Assembly (NCBI RefSeq): GCF_052425735.1
Contig: NC_135770.1
Span: 26,102,001 to 26,165,711, forward strand
Reading direction: 5' to 3'
DNA from: Oculina patagonica
Lineage: Eukaryota
Length of the DNA: 63,711 bases
Shown here: piece by piece, positions 11,941 through 24,500 of the stretch
How the letters are laid out: each line of letters opens with the position of its first letter
How positions within the stretch are numbered: position 1 is the first letter of the stretch
Position numbers and translations under genes: made by a program
The notes under the pieces: model-generated
Seen by the model: the letters and a program-made list of their open reading frames with translations, nothing else
The model's database searches: none
Told to the model about the DNA's origin: nothing

Positions 11941-13582
11941 AGCAATTATTGGATGAGGCAGAGTATGATATGAAGAATTATGCAGATCGAGTAGGGTGTT
12001 TCAGGACAACACCCTCCGACATCTGTATAATTCTTCATATCATACGAAAGTTGAATTCAATAATTGTTTTATAATCCATTCAAAATATTTCCAGAGTTTG
12101 AATTTAATAGGGTTTTGACAAAAGTCAAAGTACACAATATACAGCAACATTCAAATTGAAAGTTGATTTAAAAACTTCAAAACTTGGTTACCTTCATAAA
12201 AATTTCTTGTTCTTCATAATGTCGATATTCAGCAGTTGCTTGAAGTGTCTAGTAAAGCTAAATCTGACGACACATAGCGACGTTTTCAAAAATAGGTTAA
12301 GGAGGCTCGATGTAGTTTTTTTAGACTAAGGGTGGTTGTTTTGAAAATTAAAATTACCTAGGAAGCCAATGTTCTATTTTTGCCAAAATACACCATAATG
12401 ATCAAATGTGACCAAATTTTAATTTTTTACCCGTCACTTAGTCACAACGGTTACCATAGCAACGATTGACGTTTTCTTTTGTTCTCAAACAAGCTTGATT
12501 TTCTCGAAATCTAGACTGACACTTGGTGTTTATTTTTTGATATGTTAAAGTTTAGTAGATTGACTAACTGTTGACGAAATTTTAGAAAAATCTGTAAGAG
12601 CGTTTTCAAGTAAATCAAGAATGAAATTTTCAGAAAAACACCATTTTAATATAAAATAGGCGCCTTAAAATTGTTTCGTATTATTTGAGCACAGTTTCTC
12701 TCACTGAAATATAAATACTTACACCATCAAAGACCATTAACTAAAAGCGAAAGACTTTTTGCTTTAATTTGTTAAAATATATCGACTGCCGATTGTAAGA
12801 AATTATAAGAAAATACCAAAAACTTCATTCTTGATTTACTCTAAAACGCTCTTACAGATTTTCCTAAAATTTTGAGCACAGGTAGTAAATCAACTGTACT
12901 TGAACATATCAAAAAATGAATACCAAGTGTCAGTCTAGATTTCGAGAAAACCAAGCTTGTTTGAGAACAAAAGAAAACGTCAATGGTTGCTATGGTAACC
13001 TTTGTGACAAAGTGACGAGTAAAAAATTAAAATTTGGTCATATTTGATCATTATGGTGTATTTTGGCAAAAATCGAACATTGGCTTCCTAGATAATTTTA
13101 ATTTTCAAAACAACCACCCTTCGGCTAAAAAAACTACATCGAGCCTTCTTAACATCGTTTTTGCTTACTTCGACGTAGAATTTTCGGAAAACCGCTCCAA
13201 GTCCTCCGCTGTGGCTGGTTCAGGAATTTGTTTTTTCTTGAAGATGAGCTTTGAAAATCGTTTGATTCGTCTTCGTTGCCTTTTTCGTGTTAAAACTGTC
13301 CTTTTCGTCTAATAATTTGGCAATTTCCTGCTCGTCGTACTGCATAAATCTCGCTATTTTCCCGCTCAAAACAGTTGCCGTGTATTGTGGGAACGCGGTT
13401 GCCATCGGCTAACGGCGTGGGAACGAGGTTGCGATCGGATAACATTTGACGTCAATCGTCGTATAATTGGACCTTCTTCCAAATTTGGTCGGCTAAATTT
13501 TAGCCGACCAACGGTTAGCTGGATTTTCCGGGGGATTGAAAGCCAATCAGAAACGGAGAAATAATGTGAATGAATAATAATA
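11941..13582 (-). mobile_element. Non-autonomous Crypton-like (tyrosine recombinase/DUF3504-type) relic; uninterrupted in copy B at ~47180-47967
   Basis: Minus-strand peptides [27 protein letters not shown] and [41 protein letters not shown] resemble the Crypton N-terminus; long hairpin at ~11944-12067. Confidence 0.6.
12301..13148. mobile_element. Kolobok-like non-autonomous DNA transposon with ~330-bp TIRs, copy A only
   Basis: TTAA TSD at 12297-12300 and 13149-13152; termini GGAGGCTCGATG...CATCGAGCCTTC; single TTAA at the empty site in copy B (~47536). Confidence 0.85.
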
Positions 13583-15910
13583 TAAATTAAACACGTGCAA
13601 AGTCGTTAGTAAGCGAATCGCGTGAAATAACATCTAGTTTTTGATTTATTACAGATTTCCCCTCCTAAGCATGTGACCATCGTTGAAGAAGGGACCTACT
13701 ATTACGACATGGTTATTAGCACCGGAGTTTGGAAACATTCAGCAACAACAGCCAACGTAACGATCAGCATAAAAGGCGAAATTAACGAACACAAGCTTAT
13801 TCCACTGCGAAGTAAAGGGGATTCAACTGAAATATTTGCGCGCGGAAGTGTTGATGGATTTGTCCTAATCACAAACGAATCGTTAGGTACATTAAAAGAA
13901 ATAACTTTAGAACATGACAATTCAGGAGATGATCCATCTTGGTTTGTAGAGACAGTAGTACTCAGAGACAGGCAAACAGAAGAACGATGGGTGTTCCCCA
14001 TAAATCGATGGCTCGCGTTGGAAAAAGAAGATGGACAAATAGAAGTTACGATGGACAACAAAAGTTCTTCTTCCTTTTCAGCTGAGGTGCGTTCACGCTT
14101 TGGAAGAAAGATTGCAGACGGTCACTTGTGGATGTCAGTGGCTGGAAAAGCATGCATCAGTACTTTCACTCGTGTACAGAGAGCCTCGTGTTGTCTTTCA
14201 ATTCTGTTTAGCGCCACTTTTCGCCAATGCCATGTTCTATAACATTGGTGGCGAGTCGGATGGAGCTATACAGGTTGGACCATTCAAGTTTTCATGGAAA
14301 CAGATTGTTGTTGGAGTGCAAAGTGGACTTATAGTTGCACCAGTAAACATTCTCATCGTCCTTTTGTTCAAGTCTAGCAGACCAAGAAAGAACAAGGGAG
14401 GAAAATATAAAGACATTGACCAAGCCCAGGAACTTGTAGATGAAATAAGTGAAACAGGCTGCACGCTGCCTCATTTCTGTGTATACATCGGTTGGTTTCT
14501 CTGCTTCGTCACAACTCTAACGGCAGCAACGTTTACCTTATTTTACAGCTTAATGTGGGGTAAAGAAGTTGCCGAGCAATGGCTTGCCTCCATTTTGATT
14601 TCAAATGGACAAGATATTTTCGTTGTACAGCCAACAAAGGTAATGCTGGCAGTCATTGTAGTTTCCTTGCTCTTCAGCAGAAGGAATAAGAACGAAAGTG
14701 ATGATTCTGAGGAGGAGAGTAAAGAAAGCGATGCCTATGACGATGACGTCGACTTTCTAAGTGATGATCCTAAACAACGCTTTAAACAAAAGCTCTTGGA
14801 GAAGATGCGTATGCGAAGCAAAAAAGAGGCTCAGTTGACAGACATAGTGAAGGAAATTGTCCTTCTTATAATATTTATGTTTCTCTTGGCTATCGTTTGC
14901 TATGGCAACAAGAATGGAAATCGTTTTCTAATGACAACTGCAGTGAAAAATCCCTTCACGAAGTTTGACCTGGTAAGACTTCACTAGGTTTCTATAACTA
15001 TTTTGGGAAGTCATTCTTGTCTTGGGTAACTAACAATGCTATTATTTCCCTTAAAATACGAATGTGGGTTGAGTTTGTTGTTGGTTATTGTTCTTGCTCC
15101 AAGGGCTTTTCTCTGGGTTCTCCGGTTTGATAAAAGATACTATTTGCAGAACTTACATTGCCAAAGTACTATACATTTTGAAACTTTCTACCGATATTGA
15201 CTTTCGTGTGGGCTGCCTTATTTTTTAAAGAATGTATCGACTTCCCCAGTATATTGAGAACTGCTTCTTCTATCTAGTCTATATCACAGTTGGAGATTTT
15301 ATTATTTCATATTTTGATTAACTATATGGCAATCCCTGGCTTCAGTCAACATAATACGACTTTTTTTCTGCTCTTTAGTAATTGTAACTGATATAAAAAT
15401 ATAAAGCAGAATAATTAATTACTAAATATAACCGCTTTAATATATCTGTAATGGAACTGGTTTAAATGTCAGTAACTCAAAACGAATGTAGTTAATTCTT
15501 GATCATATATTTGTGTAATCGATACCTCAGCCTCGACATTAATGCTCGACATTACATAAACCTCATCTCATCTCGTCTCATATCATCTCATCTCATCTTA
15601 TCTCATATCATATCGTATCTATATCGGGGGGTGAACCACTTGACACCTTGCAGGAAATTTTTACCCAAATTCTTGTTCTCATTTCAGATAAGCAATTCGC
15701 ACAAACTGCAGGGATGGTTACGGCAAGAATTCTTTCCAAATATTTACAATCAGCCGTGGTACAACGGTCTTAAGGAGGAAAATGACGTGTACATTGCAAA
15801 CAAGATGTCCATATTGATTGGCATGCCTTGGATGCGACAGTTGAGAGTCCAAAAAGGTAAAACCTAAGTAAATGTTATATTCGAAAATGAAAAATCAAAA
15901 TTTTACATAT

Positions 15911-15999
15911 ATCCATCCATCCATCCATCCATCCATCCATCCATACACCCATCCGTTCATCCGTCCATCCTTCTTTCCATCCGTCTCCCTGTCTGTCTA

Positions 16000-16042
<43 letters not shown>

Positions 16043-16043
16043 G
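15911..16043. repeat. Compound microsatellite (ATCC)n/(TCTG)n; copy B equivalent partly in gap 50278-50416
   Basis: Visible tetranucleotide runs. Confidence 0.95.
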
Positions 16044-17604
16044 CATATCTATCTAGCTAGCGATCTGTCCAATCTGTAATACTAATTCCAGTTTAATGGG
16101 TTTTTTTTTTTCGTTTCAAGATTCCTGCGGGCCCCTTTCGAATATCATCTCACAGTGCTATTACGATTATTCACCTGAAGACGAGGACACGACACTGCTC
16201 AGTCTACCAGGATGGAAACCTCTCCCCAGCAATACAACATGGCCAAAGGCCCTGCAAATGTGCCCAAAACCTTGGCGTTACCAAACAGCTGAGGAACTAG
16301 ACAATGATCCAATTAAAGCCTCCTACAATTTATATGAAGGAGGTGGCTATGCTGCCGTGCTAGGTTATGACGAAGAAACTGCCCTCGGGGTCTTAGATGA
16401 AACATTTGGACATGGATGGGTCGATCGCCAGACTCGAGCGGTTATCCTAGAATTCGCAGTTTTCAACGTGAATACAAACTTGATAAGCATCGCTACCTAT
16501 TTTTACGAGATGATTGCTGCTGGCTCTGCCTATACTTCAAATAGAGTAGATACACTCGAGTTGTACAGTACAGAGTCAGGGGCTCTAATGTTCTATCTGA
16601 TTTGTCAGTTTCTGTTTATGGGTATGGTTCTCTTTAACTTCATTGTAATGCTGGTCCACCTTTACCGACAACGCCTTGGATTTTTCAAGTCTCTCTGGAA
16701 CATGGTTGACTTCTTAATGATTGTGTCTTCTGTAGCATCAGTTTTGTTCTATATGTTTAGATCCAAAAGTATAATGCAGAGCATCAAAGCAATCCAAGTA
16801 AATCCCTATGAAATTGTGCACTTTCACGCAGCCCTAGACTGGGCTAACTTGGAAAATGCCTCGATCGCTGTTGCAGTTTTTATGGTGACACTGAAGCTTT
16901 TGAATCTCATCCGCTTCAACCCTTACGTGATTTTCTTGTTCTCATCCTTCCGCCAGTCTGTGGGTTACCAGCTGTCCTACCTGTTTGTCTTTCTGATCGT
17001 CTTCAATGCATTTGTCATATCGGGAATGACATTTTTTGGTGGCACAATCCTTAACTACTCAAGCTACATGCAAGCAGTAATCTCGCAGTTTCAATTTCTC
17101 TTAGGAACCGCTGTGCCAATTGATGACCTTCGTAATGACAAGCCGTTTATTGGCCCAACATTCGCTTTGTTGTTCATGTTATGCATGACTATAATCCTGA
17201 TGAATATGTTGGTTTCTGTCCTGAATGAGTCCTACACTGATGCCAAGACAAACATTGAGGAGAGTGCCGAGCAGCTCGAAATGGCCCGATTCATTGGTGA
17301 ACGTTTTATGGACATGTTCCAGGAAGGCAAAAGGAAACCTGAGTTCAAGCTATTTTGCGACGACACAACGTTCACGAACATGTGTGTCTCTACAGCAGAG
17401 CCATTCTGTATGAATTCTGAAAGTGTCGTCCAGTGTACCGAGCAGAGACTGGATAAAGTTGAAAAACGTTTATCCGCTCTTACTCGAAGATCGCAAACCA
17501 TAGAGGCTGATAGTTTGAAGGAAGAAGCTGAGTTCATTGATCTCGTTTTGCTGATTACCAATCCTTCTACCCGTCAAGAATCAACCCTTCATTAAATCCT
17601 CTCA

Positions 17605-17989
17605 GGCTATACCAATAAAATGTTTCGTTTCCCATCGCCCCGTCTTTTGTGATAATGGGTCGGTCGGTCGGGCAAAAAAAAAACATTTGGGTTCCAGAGA
17701 AGGCCAGGCTGCTAAGTAAGAAAGCCTAAATACAAAGTCAACTCGGAAACGTGGTCTTTTCGTTCGTTATTCCTTATCAAATGTCTAAACAGTCTTTAAA
17801 TAACGTAGTATCGATGTTTATTAAAGACAAAGACATCATATACCAATCGTTGTTAATAAAACAAGGTCGTGTGCTTGTAAATTGAAGTACTTGCTTCTTT
17901 AACTAGTGAATCCTGATTTTTTTTTTACTTTTCGAAAAAAAAATGGGTCGGTCGGGCGATGGGAAACGAAACATTTTATTGGAATGGCC
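17605..17989. mobile_element. MITE (Harbinger/ISL2EU-like) just 3' of copy A stop codon
   Basis: TIRs GGCTATACCAATAAAATGTTTCGTTTCCCATCGCCC / GGGCGATGGGAAACGAAACATTTTATTGGAATGGCC; absent after copy B stop. Confidence 0.8.
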
Positions 17990-20760
17990 TGACAGTCACA
18001 GGTTTAGGTTAAATCACACGAAGATGCGTTTTTAGCTATTATATCTGTTTTTATCAAAATCGATCGGTTTTTTTACTGATTTGTTTTCACTTCAAAGTTA
18101 GTTTAAGATTGTCAAAAACTGACAAATTATTCGTTGTTCACAACATTGTTCCAGGTCGAGAGAGCCAAGGGTAAAGAGGGTGTAGTAAATCACCGGTCGC
18201 TTTACGCAACAGAAGGTGGTTTTAAACTAAACTGGTCTGGCAGGCTTTTTTATTGTCATTTAAAATGGCATGTTTCTCTCTGGTTGTTTCAATGCACAAG
18301 GTGGGGCACCCCTGCATCCTATCGCTGCTGCATGCGAGCTGAAGCGCCGTAGAAAGTTAGTTTTCGTGCATTCGAGATAAGCTGTAAATGTTTTTGTTTT
18401 AAGTTATTCAGGTTTTGTTTTGTTCCTGTAGTGTAAAAGTAGCAGAAAAAATTCCGTTATCAAGCAATTATAATAGCCAAGTATGGAAGATGTGGTACTG
18501 CTGAATAGGGAAATTTGTTCTATAAGCCTAAGAGGGTTACAAGAACAAAGTGCAGAACCTTGGTTCCGACTAGAACTAGCGTTTTCCCACCTTCTTACTA
18601 AGACGATGGAGACTTATAGTCCCTGAATATGATATATCAGTTTTAAAAACGAAACTAAAACAAACCCAAACCAAACCCCAAAAGCACTTAAAATTGCCCG
18701 ACGCAGATGTTTATTAAGGCTGTTCCAAGATTATACGTAAAAATTGAAATACAATGGGATAACGACTTATACAAATTTCACACAGGCATAGTTAAAAAAA
18801 AGTTCCTTCTTTACAAAAACCAAGTAATGGAATATGATATGGTAAAGGCAATCACTATGAAAATGCAAACAATCACATTTGATTTATGATAAACAGCAAT
18901 GTGGGCAACTTGCATAGTAGGAATGGTGTGAAAATGACGAAGAGGAAACGCTGGCGTTGTATTTAAATACTTGATTACGATAGCTGCGTATTTTCTTCCA
19001 ACTTAATACTAAATATCATGTTAAAGCACACTAGTGTCTATTTAATAAAGCAATTTTTCGCACTGTTCATATTTCTTCCTAATTACCTCAGACTAAGAGC
19101 AACTAGCGTATTGGTTAATACCGCTATATGCGCGATATTAACCAATACGCTAAGCCTGCTCAATGATTAAATAGCGCCACAGGCCAGAAAAATACTTGTT
19201 CATTTCGAAAATGGAAAACGGTATTGTAATTCGTTTTTTTGTTTCTACCGATGCGAATTTAAGGTGTCTCGATAGAGTTTTTTTCTAAACCATACCTATC
19301 ATTTTCAGTTGGCCGTTAAGCAGTCTTTCCAGACACGAATCATCGTAAAAACATTTCAAACCGTAACTGCATACACGGCCTGGCCTTCACAGATCGCCAA
19401 CACCCGTAACAAGTCATCACCTTTGGTCACCAACCGTTACAAACCGTAAGAGGCCGACATAAGGAGAAAAAGCCGTCACAATTGCACCCATTCACAAACG
19501 TTCAGTAAGTTCAGTAAAACCCCTTTTCAAAACTACGAAAAAACTTCGAGTGCGTTGGCATTCATTGCGTCCATTTTTCATTGGTAACTCTAAACGTGCG
19601 AGATGATTATATGTCCATGCAACGCTCTAAAGTAAGAAAGGAGTCTGAAATATTTAATTCCGCGTGTGAGTTGCTGTAGATGGAGAAATCGGAATAAGTG
19701 TTTCAATGTCCTCAACCAAACACGAAAGGAAGTTCGGCAGAACCTGAAAGTTCATGCGAACCTGAGCCGCTTGTAATACCATTAAATTGGGATAGTACGA
19801 TCTTCATTTCCATCAAGAAATAACCTCCCCACCCCCACCCTTAGAAAAAAAGAAAGAAATCGACACAAGAGTATGATCTTCTGTTGTTCCAGAAAAGCGC
19901 CTTCTGCCAATCAATTACTGTTGCGTTGTTTTCTTTCTTGACTAATGTCACTGCAATGCATCGGTGACTTACGAAGTTTGTCCGATGATTCATGAACTTG
20001 TTTTGTGTTGTCTCTTTCCCGTTCTTTTGTGACTTTTATGAAATATTCCTCCTTACTTCCATCGAGAAATACTCCCCCCTCCCTCTCCTAGATAAAAACG
20101 AAAGAAAAAATACATAACTGTATTATATTCCGTTTTTCAGCAAAGCCCCTTCTGCAGTCTATCAAGTACTGTTAGGTTTTCCTCTATCTTGACTAATGTC
20201 ATTGATTTGACTTGTTTTGTGTTGTGTGTTTCACGTTGTTTTGTGATTCTTTTGCAACATTCTATGTCGGACCCTAAGTACCATGAAACAACAAGCCCGA
20301 ATGTTTTTTGGATGTTGCAACCAAAATAATCTTACGGCTTTTTTAACCCATGACCAAAAATGATTTCAAGGCTTGCTGTCTCAGAATTGTACTGATTCAG
20401 AATGCGATCAAAAAAGATGGACTTCATGCTTCATGTGCATGTTTAAAAGCGAAGCTAAGAAGCAAAACCAAAAGAGTAAAACTAAAATTGCAATGGAGAA
20501 CAATGACGTTCCTTTAAAGTCGCCAATATCTCGTTTTCGACAACGCATCATATAATTAAATTTATTATCAGACACAAATTATAATGAATTTCCACATAAA
20601 GAATAAGGTACACAATAGCCGTTATTACAGTTAAGCCTGCCATAACATATACCCTTACGAGGCGAAAGGGTCAACACATACTTCAAAAGAGGTCTTAAAA
20701 CAGTGCAGAAAAGAACCGTTTGCCTCGTTTGTATATCGCTGAGAATTGTAATAACAACTA

Positions 20761-21042
20761 GAGCACCTTCCAATTTAGTGCCGTAAAACCAAAACCAAAG
20801 TTATTACTCTAGCCAATCACAAAGAACATAAACAATTCAGTAAACCAATCAAAGCTCGAAGCAAATACATGTAGCCGGCACGAAGCGCGGGAAAACGTGC
20901 GCAAGGGAGTCACAATTGGTTTTAGTTTTAGTTTTGATTGGACAAAAAAAGTAACGCGAGATTTTTAAACCAATCACTGAGCGTAGTAATGCAAAACCAA
21001 AGCAAACGCAAATTACTTTTGAAACTCAAGTGAAAACCGCTC
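20761..21042. mobile_element. MITE abutting the scaffold gap
   Basis: Termini GAGCACCTTCCAAT... / ...TGAAAACCGCTC; absent at homologous 26099 and 58737. Confidence 0.65.
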
Positions 21043-21542
21043 NNNNNNNNNNNNNNNNNNNNNNNNNNNNNNNNNNNNNNNNNNNNNNNNNNNNNNNNNN
21101 NNNNNNNNNNNNNNNNNNNNNNNNNNNNNNNNNNNNNNNNNNNNNNNNNNNNNNNNNNNNNNNNNNNNNNNNNNNNNNNNNNNNNNNNNNNNNNNNNNNN
21201 NNNNNNNNNNNNNNNNNNNNNNNNNNNNNNNNNNNNNNNNNNNNNNNNNNNNNNNNNNNNNNNNNNNNNNNNNNNNNNNNNNNNNNNNNNNNNNNNNNNN
21301 NNNNNNNNNNNNNNNNNNNNNNNNNNNNNNNNNNNNNNNNNNNNNNNNNNNNNNNNNNNNNNNNNNNNNNNNNNNNNNNNNNNNNNNNNNNNNNNNNNNN
21401 NNNNNNNNNNNNNNNNNNNNNNNNNNNNNNNNNNNNNNNNNNNNNNNNNNNNNNNNNNNNNNNNNNNNNNNNNNNNNNNNNNNNNNNNNNNNNNNNNNNN
21501 NNNNNNNNNNNNNNNNNNNNNNNNNNNNNNNNNNNNNNNNNN
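21043..21542. other. Assembly gap (exactly 500 N)
   Basis: Round-number N run, probably a placeholder scaffold join. Confidence 0.95.
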
Positions 21543-24500
21543 TCAGTCACAGGATTAGGTTAAATCACACGTAGATGCGGTTTTAGCTATTATATCTGTT
21601 TTTTATCACAATCTATCTGTTTTTTACTGATTTGTTAGCACTTCAAAGTTAGTTTAACATTATCAAGAACTGTTCAAATTATTCGTTGTTCACAACATTG
21701 TTCCAGGTCGAGAGAGCCATGGGTAAAGGGGGTGTAGTGAATCACCGGTCGCTTTACGCAACAGAAGCTGGTTTTCAATATCCAGTTAAACCAAACTGGT
21801 CTGGCAGGCTTTTTATTGTCATTTAAAATGGCACGTTTCTCTCTGTTTTTTTTAATGCACACGATGGGGCACCCCAGCATCCTATCGCTGCTGCACGCGA
21901 GCTGAAATGGTTTTAAGCGCCGTAGAAAGTTTTCGTGCATTCGAGATAAGCTGTGAATGGTTTCGTTTTAAGTTTTTTAGGTTTTGTTTTGTTTCTGTAG
22001 TGTAAAAGTAGCAGAGAAAAAAATATTCCGTTATCAAGAAATTATAATACTATAGAGTATGGAAGAAGTGCCGCTTGCTGAATATGGAAATTTCGTCTAT
22101 AGGCCTAAGAGGATTGCCAGAACAAAGCACGGAGCCTTGGTTCCGATTAGAACTAGCATTTTCCCACTTTCTCGCTGAGACGATGGAGATGGAGACGGTC
22201 CCTGAATATGATATATCAGTTTTAAAAACGAAACTAAAACAAATCAAAGAGGTCTATGACCTACTCTTGAATGCGAAAGATATATTTGAATCATTTCTTT
22301 AAACAGTATAGTATCGATGGAAAATATTCATTATAGGGATTAATAATAATAATCAACTTTATTTAAAGAGGGTGAACATATAACAGGTCGCTTAGGTATA
22401 AGAATTACTTTTTTCGCCACTTTCATTGCTTAGTAAACCGATGGCTCAGTGGTACAGCTCTGCGTTCTAAAACGTGTAACCCGGGTTCAACTCTCGTACC
22501 CTGTCGCTAAATTTTTTTTTTCCTTCTTATTTTTTTCCACGGATATTATATACATATCTGTCTTTTATAGAGTTTCGTTATTCTTTTACTGATTATCCTT
22601 TAATAAATCGTGCCGTGCTCTAACCTTCCCAGTCTTTTAATAACACATACATAAAGTCACTGGTCATCGTTTCCGAATGTTCGCGATAATTATATAAGAA
22701 AAGGCGATATTTCATCGTTTGGGAAACGATTGTTTCTCATTTACAGGGGTGAAGTGTTTTCTACACTTATTTCTTTGAACTGATACCTTGGCAAAGCTGT
22801 ATTTTTATTCACAGCCGAGGGAAACGAAATTTAGAACCAGAACCAGAGTTAGCATTTTTTTTGGCGTTACCTGTCACGGTGATTTGTCAATCGTATGCAA
22901 ATTTTTTCAGATTTTGACTCGCAAAGTCATGCTTCACTGAGCAAAACAGAGTCCGCTTGCAGTTCAGCTGTTTTGTTTTGCTTTTTTGTTTTCAGGCCTA
23001 AGTTATAATAAAAATTAATATCAGTATAGAATAGCATGCTTATCAAAAAAAGGATTGTCTGGAGAAAGAAACTCGAACGTACAAACGAAAGAAAGCGACA
23101 AAATGTCGAATGTAATTAAAATTTGACCTTTTGCGTCTCGTTTCATGCTCAGGATGTTAACGTTTATATCATTGATTGTTCGCTTGATTGATTAAAATTT
23201 ATTATACTTTTTAGCCACTCTGGGTTCAAGCCGAAGAGATTTAAATTATTAATGGCTTTCCGAAACATTTGGTTGTCAGTTCAAAGTTATTTTTTGTTGT
23301 TTTAAGCGTGAAATTTACCGCCGCTAGTATAATTATTTCCGCACCGTCTGCATACAATCACAAATTAATTCTGTCTTTTCGCGTTCGGGCATTTACGGCT
23401 ATCTGTTTAAAACTTTAGGTTCCGCCGTTCATCGCTATGCGTTCCGAATAAATTGTAAGCCGTTCAGTAGCTCATAACCGTGCGTTCCAAATTTTTCGAC
23501 AGCCGTTCGGTTGTTCATAACCGTGCGTTCCAAATTTTTCGACAGCCGTTCGGTTGTTCATAATCGTGCGTTCCGAATAAATTACAAGCCGTTCAGCCGT
23601 GCAGTTTCACCCGTTCCACACAACTTTGTGAGCCGTGCGTTACCCGTTCGGTAGCCGTGTATTTTACCCGTTCGGTATAAAGCCCTTAGTGTACGTTTTC
23701 GCGTGAGAGGTCAATGCATAAATTATTATTCATAAATTAAACTTAACAGCCCATCGACCGACCGACCGACTGACTGAGTGAAAATTTGCATATCACTTTC
23801 CATAACCATACTCGTTTCATTACATTCACGAGTAACAAAAACCAAAAACCATAAGCACTTAAAATTTATGATAAACAACAATGTTGTCAACTTGAACAGT
23901 ACGAATTGTGTGAAAATGACGAGGAGGAAACTCTGGCGTTGTACTTAAATATTTGATTACGATAGCTGCTGGTTTTCTTCAAACTTAATACTAAATATTA
24001 TGTTAAAGAACACAATTGTCTATTTAATAAAGCAAATTTTCTAACTGTTCATAACTCTTCCTAATTACCTCAGACTGAGAGCAACTATTAAACAATCTGG
24101 TTTCTCATGCGGTAAATTTGGGCGGTGTTAATCAATACACTGAGCCTGCTCGATAACTAAATAGCGCCACTAACCAGAAAAATCCTTTTTCATTTCGAAA
24201 ATGGAAAACGGTGTTGGAAATCGTTTTTTGTTCCTATCGGTGCAAATTCAAGGGGTCTCGATAGAGTATTTCTAAACCATACCTTACATTGTCAGTGGCC
24301 GTTCACCAGTCTTCCCAGACTCGGATCCAGATGAAATTTTCACCAGATATTGGTCTGTTAGTAGCTATTTTAGGGCAATAGATATTACCATGGCAACGAT
24401 TAAAAAACGAAATCAGTGAAACTTGAATTTTACACGAATCAGATTTGGTGTATAAATTATGAGACCACTATCTGAAGAGCAATGATGTATTGCAAAATAA

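Larger units (their letters stand above)
3318..17595 (+). pseudogene. Polycystin-1-like (PKD1L/REJ family) gene copy A; 5'-incomplete in window; frameshifted in TM2
   Basis: Exons with AG/GT boundaries and consistent phase: 3318-3443 (cb[15 protein letters not shown]), 4038-4169 (cb[15 protein letters not shown]), 4443-5157 and 5487-6060 (REJ), 6777-6992, 7542-7691, 8350-8532, 8746-8967, 9994-10707, 11645-11881 ([12 protein letters not shown] + TM1), 13655-14972 (PLAT + TMs; 1318 nt vs 1317 in copy B), 15688-15856, 16121-17595 (channel). ACTTTTC replaces ATGATT at 14216-14222, giving a stop at 14240-14242. Confidence 0.85.

Noticed and set aside
5607-17561. Antisense and off-frame ORFs overlapping exons (e.g. 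5607-5894, 13702-14061, 17232-17561 and copy B equivalents)
   Set aside because: Shadows of the real coding frame with no independent motifs; their duplication merely reflects the duplicated gene.
21026-21563. Long ORFs across N runs (also 50104-50524)
   Set aside because: Artefacts of translating gaps.
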